Shown: piece after piece, positions 23,729 through 33,890 of the stretch
How positions within the stretch are numbered: the first letter of the stretch is position 1
Layout of the letters: each line of letters opens with the position of its first letter
Assembly: GCF_001186125.1 (NCBI RefSeq)
Contig: NW_014040379.1
Span: 89,251 to 123,140 of the forward strand
Source: Sphaeroforma arctica JP610
Lineage: Eukaryota
Length of the DNA: 33,890 nt
Direction of reading: 5' to 3'
Notes under the pieces: generated by a model
What the model saw: only the letters and a program-made list of their open reading frames with translations
What the model was told of the DNA's origin: nothing
Databases searched by the model: none
Made by a program: the position numbers and the translations under genes

Positions 23729-26700
23729 ACCATGACTGGTAAGCTTGGATGAAATGAAGATCGAACTCCATGGTTTTCAAGAGGATATCCTTGCAGATGT
23801 AGTAGAAACCCTTTGATCAAGGAAACCTGGCTCCCAGGTTTAGGAATAATGTATATGTACATATACGTACATGTAGTACCACCTTAATGCAATTACTATG
23901 ACTCATACATACCTACCTTAATGTGATTAACTATTACTTATACATGTCTAAAGTAACTAACTGACGATATCATTCACCAATATATAACACTCGTACGACA
24001 CACCTTTGGTTCCGTTGCACGGTAGTAGTTCTTCTGGTACCTTCGTGATGGCGTTCTGAATCCGCCACTGTCACTGTGTTTCCATGTTATGAGTGTCTAC
24101 CTTCCATGTTTAGCTACGTATGTGTGTATCTTGCGTAGCTAGCTTCAATGTGTGTACAATTGACAACACACAACATATTCATGCATGAGCCACGTAGTAT
24201 TCGTATAGATTACCCTTATAGTAGTTTTCTTCTATCTAAAAGTAGTTTTCTTCCATCCATTCATCATGCGTTCCTATACATGTACATGGTTAGGTTATGT
24301 ATGTATCTGCTCATGTTTATGCCCAAACAACCTATAATTACACCCTCTATGCTTTACGTGTACTAGTTATGTACACACACTACTACTCGTGCTTCTACGT
24401 ACATGTGTATGTATAATAATTTCGTGTACTCATCAAACATGTAAACCCATATAGCTACTTATATTGTGCCTGGGTGCACTCGTCCTGTGCACACACCATT
24501 ACTCATTCTTCTACTGTATGTACCAACATGTATACACGTATAGCTACCTATATTGTGCATGTACCTTGTATACTGCACGTGTACTAGTACTATAACCTTA
24601 CGTGTGTCGAAACATTTACACTTCCATGTACTTTACATTGGTTATCATCATGTATGCACCTGATGTGCCTATTCCGTTCATAAACATAACACCCTGATTC
24701 ATATGTTATACATAGTTATTCATATATTACACACGTACTATATGTACGGCACATTGTCATGTGCCACGCATTCACCCTATACCTATTATCCTTATGTTAC
24801 TTTGTTTCTTTACATCGTACAATTTGTATCATAGTATTTGGAGACAATCTGATTGATTTTCTCTGTAGAATCACTGAATCATCCACTTGTTTGTGGGGCT
24901 TGAACTATACCTTCTGGTTGCTCGTTCTTCCGTTTTGGCAATGCGTCCAAACATTGTAGATATCCAAATAAGGCCATGTATGGACTAATTCTAAAAAAAA
25001 ACATTCTATTAGAATACGTTTTCTAGTTGAATTAGTATGAGAAGTTAATAAAAAAATTTAAAAAACCTTGAATTTTAGTCATAAAAATGTAACAGACACG
25101 CCAAATACGATTATACAACCTACTGAGGCTTTGTGAGCCTCCGTTGGGTATATTTATTAGTCTTTGACTGTTTACGTGACATCCACAAGTCTCAGCATGT
25201 GTGGCCTCGTGGAGCTAAAACCTGTTAACCAGGTTTATCCTAAACCAGGGAACCAGGTCCTTGATCAAGGAGTTTCTACTACACTGATCTGTGTAAAGGC
25301 GCGACAGTGTTACACAATGTTGAAACTGGAGAGAGCAAAACTAATGCCTTTGAGACTGTATCAAAAATGGTACCAAGGGTTGCTGTTTATCGAGTTCCAT
25401 TACTTGCACTAGGTAACCCACATATGGAGAAGCAAATGTTAGATGGTTTCAAGACTCAAGAAAAACGGAAAAAAGATAAGAGATACTATCGAATACTGCA
25501 ATAGTACTGGGTAAGCTAGTATACTAATTGTATCCCCAGAAAAAAATAGAGTGACGTGCTTTTAAGTTCTCTGTTAGAACTCGTGCGTATTAGCGTTTTT
25601 TCTCTTTGACGAAGCGCATACACTAGTATTGTGGCAGTTTCGTCCTTCACAACTTAAAAATCCACGGTTTCCTGAGCATTGCAAACCGGAGTGTGTCTAC
25701 TGACTGCTACAAGTGTGAATTCAGAATCACGTTTGTTTTGAAATATCTCTTCCAAATTGACAGTATTTACGTAGGCTGTCCCGTGTGCAGAGAATTCTCT
25801 CTAACGTGTTAGTTTGGTGGATCAGATCTGCACATGATGACAACAAGCCGTTTAAATGCGCAGCTATTGAAGTTCTCAAACACCAAAATGGTAGTGTATG
25901 CGCAACGCCGAAAGCATACGAAGATCAAACAATTATGTGTACGTGTAGAGATGCGCAATATCAGTCAAGGGGGACGCAGCTGTGCAGTGTATCACGCAGC
26001 TGACTACGGAAGAGCATACATCTGTGGAACGACAATTTAAGCAATCAAGTAATCAGGTCATACCAGCAACAGTAGCATTTGGCCTAGGCATGCGTAATTA
26101 TATTGGGCTCAGTTGATTGGGAGATGTTCTCGAAGACTAAAAGCAACGCCTGGTGAGTGCTACGTGTTAGTGAATAAGTCATGTCACGAAATATGGTTGA
26201 ACAGGGAGCATTCTTCAAAGAGTTTGTGCCATATCTGTGCTACATTCTCAAGTGCGATGGCAATTTAGTGACCGAGAAAAGCATGGTAGATCATCTGCTT
26301 AATATTTATGGCAAAGTCTACTCCAGACGAATAATTGTATTCAGATCTCTATTGAGAATGCTCAAATACTCCGAAATCATAGTGAATCTAGAACGCGTGA
26401 AGATGTACGAAGGGGTGCGGAAACGTGTAAGAGGAGTAAAGGGTGGCAAACGAGAGTACGTGGCACTGATAGAAGTAAATGCTATCAAACAGAAAGACCC
26501 TAATATGGACTTGCAAAAGGCAAATATGAAATAGAATTGTTTTGTCGGCCATAAAGCTGGGTATAATGCTATGATTGAATTCAAAGCATGTGTTGAAGAA
26601 CGTAAATGTCTTCGGGTATTTATTCGACAATACCTTGTTCGTGGTCCGCTACTTACATGTGCTACATTGGAATGCGAATTCCCATGCAGCATCTGTATTT
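23729..26700 (+). pseudogene. RecQ-family SF2 helicase pseudogene interrupted by a TIR element
   Basis: Motifs in order: HGFQEDIL (Q motif), ETGESKT (decayed Walker A), VPLLAL (Ia), LIVSPEK (Ib), FLFDEAH..WQFRP (II plus aromatic loop), LLTAT (III), VVYAQRRK (IV), VYHA, ATVAFGLGM (V), and KCLRVFIRQYL..C....C..CSIC (RecQ Zn domain, about 26604-26697). Many stops and frameshifts; motif VI was not found. Confidence 0.85.
23798..25283 (-). mobile_element. Non-autonomous Ginger-like DNA transposon (1486 bp) with ~50-bp TIRs
   Basis: Left end TGTAGTAGAAACcctttgatcaagga..cctggctcccaggtttagga and right end tcctaaaccagggaaccaggtccttgatcaaggaGTTTCTACTACA. The 4-bp flanks are caga/ctga. A minus-strand ISPYMALFG (24989-24963) resembles the SP..LFG integrase motif. 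Removing the element restores the RecQ frame. Confidence 0.8.
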
Positions 26701-26859
26701 AGTGATAAACATAATGTAGTTGTTTTAAAATTAAAGTTTATTATCGATATCGTAGTTTTATTAGAATATTTACAATTGGCTATGAAACACTAAAGGTGCT
26801 TGCGTATAAAAAGAGAAATCTGTTGATACGCGAAGAAGAATCGATAATTAACAGTAAAG

Positions 26860-28073
26860 CAGTTTACAAGTTAGCAAACTGTCGGTAATAGAATAAGAGA
26901 AAAAGCAAGGGAGTTCGCAAGTCAGCAAACTGTTGTTAATATATTAAGATAACAAGCAAGGGAGTTTGCAAGTAAGCAAACTATTGTTAATAGACTGAAA
27001 CAGCAAATAAGGGAGTTCGCAAGTAATCAAACTGTTGTCAATAGGTCAAGATAACAAGCAAGGGAGTTTGCAAGTTAGCAAACTGTTGTTATTAGATTAA
27101 GATAACAACCAAGGAAATTTACAAATTAACAAACTGTTGTTAATAGATAAATATTAACAACCAAGAAAATTTGCAAGTTAGCAAATTGATGTTAATAGAT
27201 TAAGATAACAAGCAAGGAAATTTACAAGTAAGCAAACTGTTGACAATATATTAAGATGACAAGCAAGAGATAAAGTAAGTTTGCAGATTCGTATTAATAG
27301 ATTCAGATAACAAGTGAGAGAGATTAACTTAGCCAACTGTTGTTACTAGATAGATATAACAACAAGGGGAGTTTTAAAGTATGCGAACTGTTGTTAATAG
27401 ATTAAGATAACAAGCAAGAGAGAAAGTAAGTTAGCAAACTGTTGTTAATAGATTAAGATAACAAGTAAGAGAGTAAGTAAGTTAGCAAACTGTTGTTAAT
27501 AAATTCATATAGAGTGAAATAAAGCTAGCAAACAGTTGTTATTAGATAAATATAACAACAAAGAAAGTTTGCTAGTAAGTAAACTGTTGTTGATAGATCA
27601 AAATAGCACGCAAGGAAGTTTTCAAGTTAGCAAACTGTTGTTAATAGATCAAGATAACAAGTAGAATTAAACTGTTGTTAATATATTAAAATAGCAATTA
27701 TGGAAATTTGCAAGATAGCAAACTGTTGTTAATATATCAAGATGACAACCAAGGAAATTTGCAAGTTAGCAAACTGTTGTTAATAGATTAAGATAACAAG
27801 TAAGAGAGAAAGTAAGTTGACAAACTGTTGTTAGTAAATTAAGATAACAAGTAAGATAGTAAGTAAGTTAGCAAACTGTTGTTAGTAAGTTAGCAAACTG
27901 TTGTTAGTAGATTCATATAGAGAGAAATTAAGTTAGCAAACTGTTGTTAATATATATATATATATAACAGCAAAGGGAGTTTGCAAGTAAGTAAACTGTT
28001 GTTGTTAGATAAAAATAGCAAGCAAGGGAGTTTTCAAGTTAGCAAACTGTTATTAATAGATCAAGATAACAAG
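26860..28073 (+). repeat. Minisatellite, ~51-bp unit, about 24 copies
   Basis: Consensus aagttagcaaactgttgttaatagattaagataacaagcaagggagtttgc, with a variant ending gtaagagagaaagt. The consensus has stops in all six frames. Confidence 0.95.
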
Positions 28074-28799
28074 TATAAAGGCCAATGCTATTCTTGCCAG
28101 ATATGTATTTTTCTATCAAAATCGAGGTTACGAAGCTAATAACTTTCTGGCTATGTGTGACGGCTATATATACAGTATTCGGTACGCTTTGTCTATTGTA
28201 GGAAAGGAAAATGATGGTAAGATCAAGCACTTTGGTAAGATGTTGTTCTACATGGAGACAAAAGCCATCTATAAGCCTGCTCTAGATAGTTTGCAGAAAT
28301 CGGTAGGCCAAGGGCCAGGGACGCCACTGACGTGTTCGCTGACGGGTTCCTGAGTAAGGCTGATGTAAATCCAGGGCAGTTCTTCTTCTCGGACAGATAT
28401 TAAATGAAAATGAATATACACAAGAACTTGAAGAATCTTTATAGCGGTAATGTCAAGGTCGGGATTCTAAGCGCCCTACATGCAGAAACGCATGAAAGTT
28501 CAGATGCGCACTTTGAAGTTGTAATCCAGATAACAGACGCGAGATACAGACTTGGCTGCAAATGTCATAACTAACCACAAGAACATATCCAGACACTTTG
28601 CTGTTAGTGGGCTTAACGATAAACTGACTTTGGGACTCAAAGGTTCCCAGATGAGCGAGTCGACACATGCGCAAGTCGAAATCTGGTTCAAGAATTTGAG
28701 ATTGGATCCGCTTACCCCGAATTCGAGCCAGACTCGATCACGTTGAGTGCTATAGATAGTACTCTCGTACTCAATCACGTTTAGTGTTATACATAGTTC

Positions 28800-29200
28800 T
28801 CTCGACGTGAATCTTCACAAGGTCAAGCGTGACTATCGCTCCAAACGTCTACACGAAAAAATGATTCTCGGACCAGTTGACTCCACGACATTCGCTTTTC
28901 TACAACACCTCACCAGCGCATATCATGTTCTGATACCTGGCCACAACACAACACCTGACGATGCAGCTATCCAGATCCTCAGAGAATATTCGTCAGAGCT
29001 CGTGTTTTAACAGAAGCCACAGCCCAACACGTTATAATGGCAGGCCTTTCGGCAAGGAATAACAGAATTCTTCTATAGTCTAAGAGTCAACGGTATCATT
29101 TCGAGGCTCATGCGCATCAAGGCGGAGTCCTTCAGTCGTACCGGTCGATTAAAACGATATCCGAAGCGGAGCGTTACCTCAACTGATTACCTCAGCTGAT
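28800..29200 (+). pseudogene. Decayed ORF, possibly retrotransposon gag-like
   Basis: One frame of about 130 codons with 2 internal stops. It contains WQAFRQGITEFF, similar to the W..F...l...F gag motif, which is weak evidence. Confidence 0.3.
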
Positions 29201-29231
29201 ATTTGATTAGTCAAGTCTATATATATCTATA

Positions 29232-29765
29232 NNNNNNNNNNNNNNNNNNNNNNNNNNNNNNNNNNNNNNNNNNNNNNNNNNNNNNNNNNNNNNNNNNNNN
29301 NNNNNNNNNNNNNNNNNNNNNNNNNNNNNNNNNNNNNNNNNNNNNNNNNNNNNNNNNNNNNNNNNNNNNNNNNNNNNNNNNNNNNNNNNNNNNNNNNNNN
29401 NNNNNNNNNNNNNNNNNNNNNNNNNNNNNNNNNNNNNNNNNNNNNNNNNNNNNNNNNNNNNNNNNNNNNNNNNNNNNNNNNNNNNNNNNNNNNNNNNNNN
29501 NNNNNNNNNNNNNNNNNNNNNNNNNNNNNNNNNNNNNNNNNNNNNNNNNNNNNNNNNNNNNNNNNNNNNNNNNNNNNNNNNNNNNNNNNNNNNNNNNNNN
29601 NNNNNNNNNNNNNNNNNNNNNNNNNNNNNNNNNNNNNNNNNNNNNNNNNNNNNNNNNNNNNNNNNNNNNNNNNNNNNNNNNNNNNNNNNNNNNNNNNNNN
29701 NNNNNNNNNNNNNNNNNNNNNNNNNNNNNNNNNNNNNNNNNNNNNNNNNNNNNNNNNNNNNNNNN
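29232..29765. other. Assembly gap (534 N)
   Basis: Run of n. Confidence 1.
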
Positions 29766-29782
29766 GACGACGTTCGTAGTAG

Positions 29783-29814
<32 letters not shown>

Positions 29815-29831
29815 CACACACACACACACAT

Positions 29832-29870
<39 letters not shown>

Positions 29871-29879
29871 CATATATAT
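29783..29879. repeat. (TA)n(CA)n(TA)n microsatellite
   Basis: Directly visible. Confidence 0.95.
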
Positions 29880-29899
29880 GTTTCTAAGCTGATGTAGAT

Positions 29900-30465
29900 A
29901 TTATGTGTCTAATGAATCATTGAATATGTCCTAACAAAACTCGGAAAATGAATCTCCTGCTTTGTGCTTGCGGCTATGCAGTTTATGTACAATCATAAGC
30001 GGTTATAGCAAGCTTTTGGAATGTTTATATTTCTAGAACGGTTCGTAAATATACCGTGTGGAAATAATTTTACAAACATTTTGGAAGGACACGCTTATCC
30101 TACGTTATACTCGCGGGTATGTAGCATAAGTGCAGTTATAAGCAGTTTTTGGAATATGGTTCGTTTATTAGAACGGATTTGCCTATGTACATACTATGTC
30201 TATTTAATCATTGGATTTGTTCTACGAACATCTTGACATTTGCATCTTCTGCTTTATACTCGCAGGTATACAGTGTAGCATTTGTAGTCAGCCATTGGAA
30301 TATTTGTGTGTTTTAGAAATGATCTGCTGATATCTATACTATGTTTATATAATCGTAAAATTTGTATAGATATCTCGTGGACTACATCGTGTATAATACA
30401 TTCTGAGGGTTGTATTGAAGCACTTGAGTAACTCTAGACACTTTTGGAAAGTTTATGTTTTGTAA
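29900..30465 (+). repeat. Degenerate ~140-150 bp tandem repeat, about 4 copies
   Basis: Recurrent blocks ctgctttrtrctygcrg(g/c)tat..ttttggaat..tagaacgg at about 29957, 30104 and 30249, with a weaker fourth copy near 30395-30460. Confidence 0.7.
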
Positions 30466-30797
30466 CTATTCCACATAAAAACCATATGTCTAAAGGGTCA
30501 TTGCATCGCTACCGCTACCTATAGTATGCGAAGATGTCCTCGTATTTGGTGTACTTCGGATACCTTTGTATACTATCAGAGCCATGTTATTTGTTAATAC
30601 AGCTGCATGCGAAGTCGACCGGAGGACACTGTTTGCAGCTCGTGTTCAATGATGGTCAGGTCTTTGTTTGTTGTTTTGTTGCGAATTGTGTGTGCGAATG
30701 TCCGTGAGATGTGTTCAAGGTTGCGGACGCATAGCCCAATCGGAAGGCTCACCTATACAACTTCAGCAGATAAACTTCAAGACCGATTTACTCACTT

Positions 30798-31259
30798 AGT
30801 CATACATGTACATGCATTGGTGAATATGAGTACCTTACGCTATGGTATTATCTGTATGGTTGTAATCATACATAAACATGCATTGGTGCATATAAGTACC
30901 TTACGCTATGGTATTATCTGTATGCTTATAGTCATACATGTACATGCATTGGTGGATATGAGTATCCTACGCTATGTTATTATCTGTATGGTTGTAATCA
31001 TACATAAACACGCATTGGTGCATATAAGTACCTCACGCTATGGTAGTATCTGTATGCATATAATCATACATGTACATGCATTGGTGGATATGAGTATCCT
31101 ACGCTATGGTATTATCTGTATGGTTTTAATCATACATAAACATGTATTGCTGCATATAAGTACCTCACGCTATGGTATTATCTGTATGCTTATAATCATA
31201 CATGTACATGCATTGGTGCATATGAGTATCCTACGCTATGTTATAGTCGGTATGGGTTA
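30798..31259 (+). repeat. 66-bp minisatellite, 7 copies, alternating A/B units (132-bp higher-order repeat)
   Basis: Units start at 30798, 30864, 30930, 30996, 31062, 31128 and 31194. catgtacatg..tatgag units alternate strictly with cataaaca..tataag units. Confidence 0.95.
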
Positions 31260-31625
31260 CACCTCTACTAGGCCCTTATACTACTTGGTCGCTACACAAA
31301 ACAGGTGTCTATCATACACTTTCCATGTGTTCGTAACGTGCGCAAGTATTGTGTTATGGACTTACCAAGTGTTCACTATACTTTACACGTATCGGCCATG
31401 CATGTGCCTACTAAAAACTTGCCTGTCATTTACTTCCCAGGTGTTTGTTATAGGACCTAGGGCTTTGTCGTAAACCTACACGCATTTGCTATGTACAATA
31501 AATCACATACTCATCACGTGTTTGATTACATATACAGCTATTTATGATCGGATTGTCGTAGACCTACCCGCATTCGCCATGTAAAATATATCACAAGTTC
31601 ATCATGTGTTTGATTACATATACAG

Positions 31626-33779
31626 GTATCATGTCAGGGCTGACGATTGGTCTGTTATCGTTTGATGTGACAATGTTACAAGTCTTGAAAGAAGGCGGAG
31701 AACCACAGGAGCGGATATATGCAGCATCTTTGATTCCTTTGATAGAGAAGAAGCACTGGTTGTTAGGTATGTTATTACAGAAGAGATATCACTGGGGTTT
31801 TGTTGTATGTGTAGTTTGTATGTACAACAGTCTACTCAACATGATGCATCCCCTATGGAGAAGAAGTACTGGTTGTTAGCTGTGCTTTTACATAAGTGAT
31901 ATCACTGGGGATTTATTGTATATGTAGTTTGTATGTACAACAGTCTATTCAACATGAAGCATCCCCTATGGAGAAGAAGCACTGGTTGTTAGCTGTGTTA
32001 TTACATAAGTGATATCACAAGAGTTCTATTGTATGTGTAGTTTGTATGTACAACAGTCTATTCAACATGATGCATCCTCTATGAGCGGCACTGGTTGTTA
32101 TTGGTATGAGTATTAGTACATAACCAATATTCCTATGAAGATGTTGGCTGTATACTTTGGTGGCGCGACTGTCTGTGCCAGACGAAGCAATGATTGTTAG
32201 CGTATTGTTACATATCTGCTATTCATAGGTACATATTGATTGTGTACTATAGTGGTGCTTTTCTAACTAGTACTGACGAGCATTGATGATTAGGTATGTG
32301 ATTTATGTGATGTGGAGGAAAGTCCCTTAATGAGTTATAGTAGCCATCACACATGTTGTACGCTCAGTGTTGTCCGGATATGCACACAAATGAATAGATC
32401 CGTTTGTATCGTATGTGTGCGGCATCGTTCGATACCCCGATAGAAAAGAAGCACTTCATTTGGTTGCTGGGGGGCATGGTTTGTACAAAGAGGTTGTCAA
32501 TTTGTGCTAGTGCCATCCCATATGTAGATATCGTTGTGGGTTCGAAATCATGGGTGATGTTGGTTAGACAGTTCATGAAGCGCAACTGCAGCCACACCGA
32601 TACCACCGACAGTAAAGGGACAGACACTACAAAAGAGTATTGGATTACAGCCAGTGCATATGTGATATTACTTAAGGATCTACTTCTATGAATGTGCGCG
32701 GTAGGGTGTGTATTGCTAGAGATGCAAAGTTTAAAGATCACCAACACTGCTTAGACTGAAATTCTGTAGCAACCTGAACCCCCAAGTGAGGACACAGGTA
32801 CTGCCGGGTAGGTGACATCAGGTATAGGATTTGCATCCAGTCGGTTTAGGACCGGTCCAAAACCTAGACCTTTCCAAGAAGTATATATGCATGGCTGAAC
32901 TCTTGCGTCTGCATTCGAGTACCTTAGATGATATGTCAAATACACAAAGCTGACAGAGTGAATGAGCTTTATTTATTAGGCACGGGTGGTCAGAGACAGT
33001 TCATCGTGTGAGTCGTAGCAAACACGTATGCAACAGACCTCGACAACTATAGGCTAGTTCAGAGATAAGGATGGCATTGCACCCGAATGTACGGAAGTGT
33101 GGACTGCACTCGAGAGTCTGAAGATATACGGGGCATGATACTACATTCTATTCAGCCGATATATATGGAGACACATCGGAGTCCGCATCTACGTATGTGT
33201 TGAGTATCGACGATGTGTCGAACAAATCCAAGCACTGGTAGCTACGTATGCCTTAGACTATCGGTAGTAGGTTGGTCAGTCGGTCTGAGTATGAAGCGAG
33301 TGCTTCTGTCTGTATGATTCGGTGCTAAATGGCCCCGGCGTACGGCTATCACCACAATTGTCGGGATGGCTTTGCTCATAGGTCTGAGGATTGGGTTATA
33401 GACGTTGGGGGCTTTAGGGTTGCTCTTAATCTAATAGTCTGTATATAGTTCCTTTGGCCAATGCAGATACACCAAAAGCTTAGCAGACTCGGAATTATCA
33501 GTGTGCTAGCACAATTGAATGCACTCTCTCATTCTTCTACTTGCTCCACAGTTACTCTGTTGCTATGCAATGCCGCTGCCATGGAAACGCTGCCCATTTT
33601 TCTGGACAAGATGATGCCCTCTGTAGCCGCCATTATCGTGTCCGTCACTGCAGTGTTGTTCTTTGGTGAAATTATTCCACAAGCCGTGTGCTCCAAATTC
33701 GGACTGGCTATTGGTTACTACTGCAGCTGGCCTGTGTACGTGCTCATGTGGGTGCTCTCTCCTATCAGCTGGATTATCT
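31626..33779 (+). CDS. CNNM/DUF21-domain membrane protein (Mam3/CNNM-like divalent metal transporter), partial: two internal exons
   Basis: Exons 31626-31766 and 33552-33779 (GT-AG, phase 1 junctions) give GIMSGLTIGLLSFD..LIPLIEKKHWLL|VTLLLCNAAAMETLPIFLD..IIVSVTAVLFFGEIIPQAVCSKFGLAIG, the DUF21 signature. The 5' exon(s) were not identified and the gene continues beyond the window. Confidence 0.93.
31745..32105 (+). repeat. 113-bp tandem repeat spanning the CNNM exon donor site (3 full copies plus a partial)
   Basis: gagaagaag(c/t)actggttgttag starts at 31745 (exonic), 31858 and 31971, with a partial copy near 32083. Confidence 0.95.
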
Positions 33780-33805
33780 GTAAGTCTCTATCGTGCATTA
33801 GATCG

Positions 33806-33823
33806 ATATATATATATATATAC

Positions 33824-33883
<60 letters not shown>
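33806..33883. repeat. (TA)n(CA)n microsatellite
   Basis: Directly visible, in the CNNM intron. Confidence 0.95.
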
Positions 33884-33885
<2 letters not shown>

Positions 33886-33890
33886 CTACA

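Noticed and set aside
26860..28073. CRISPR-like array (palindromic repeats at regular spacing)
   Set aside because: The intervening sequences are homologous to each other rather than unique spacers, no cas genes are present, and the context is eukaryotic.
30607..31473. 288-aa ORF as a repeat-protein gene
   Set aside because: It is explained by a stop-free 66-bp minisatellite in presumed CNNM intron sequence and has no recognisable domain.
32404..32691. 95-aa ORF with IEKKH..WLLG as an alternative CNNM exon
   Set aside because: It has an indel relative to the real exon, lacks the donor GT and lacks the 5' SGLTIG part, so it is treated as a decayed echo.

Overview
Eukaryotic genomic scaffold (spliceosomal GT-AG introns, microsatellites, two N-gaps). 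A unicellular holozoan such as an ichthyosporean is a guess from genome style only. The left part holds a complete 12-exon Integrator subunit 9 (INTS9) gene, which I reconstructed by hand with consistent intron phases (243-10291, 771 aa). The right end holds two internal exons of a CNNM/DUF21 membrane protein gene. The ~19 kb between them contains a tRNA-Asp, a degenerate tRNA-Gly and a patchwork of decayed mobile DNA: a P-element-like transposase C-terminus with SAP-like motifs, a non-LTR RT fragment, a spliced FAR1/MULE-type DNA-binding fragment, a chromovirus-type integrase with its 3' LTR, a Ginger-like TIR element inserted into a RecQ-helicase pseudogene, and a 51-bp minisatellite. The most unusual signal is that introns of both host genes contain decayed tandem copies ('echoes') of their own exon-intron junctions, often with the donor GT destroyed. 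All family assignments come from manual motif recognition, not database searches.
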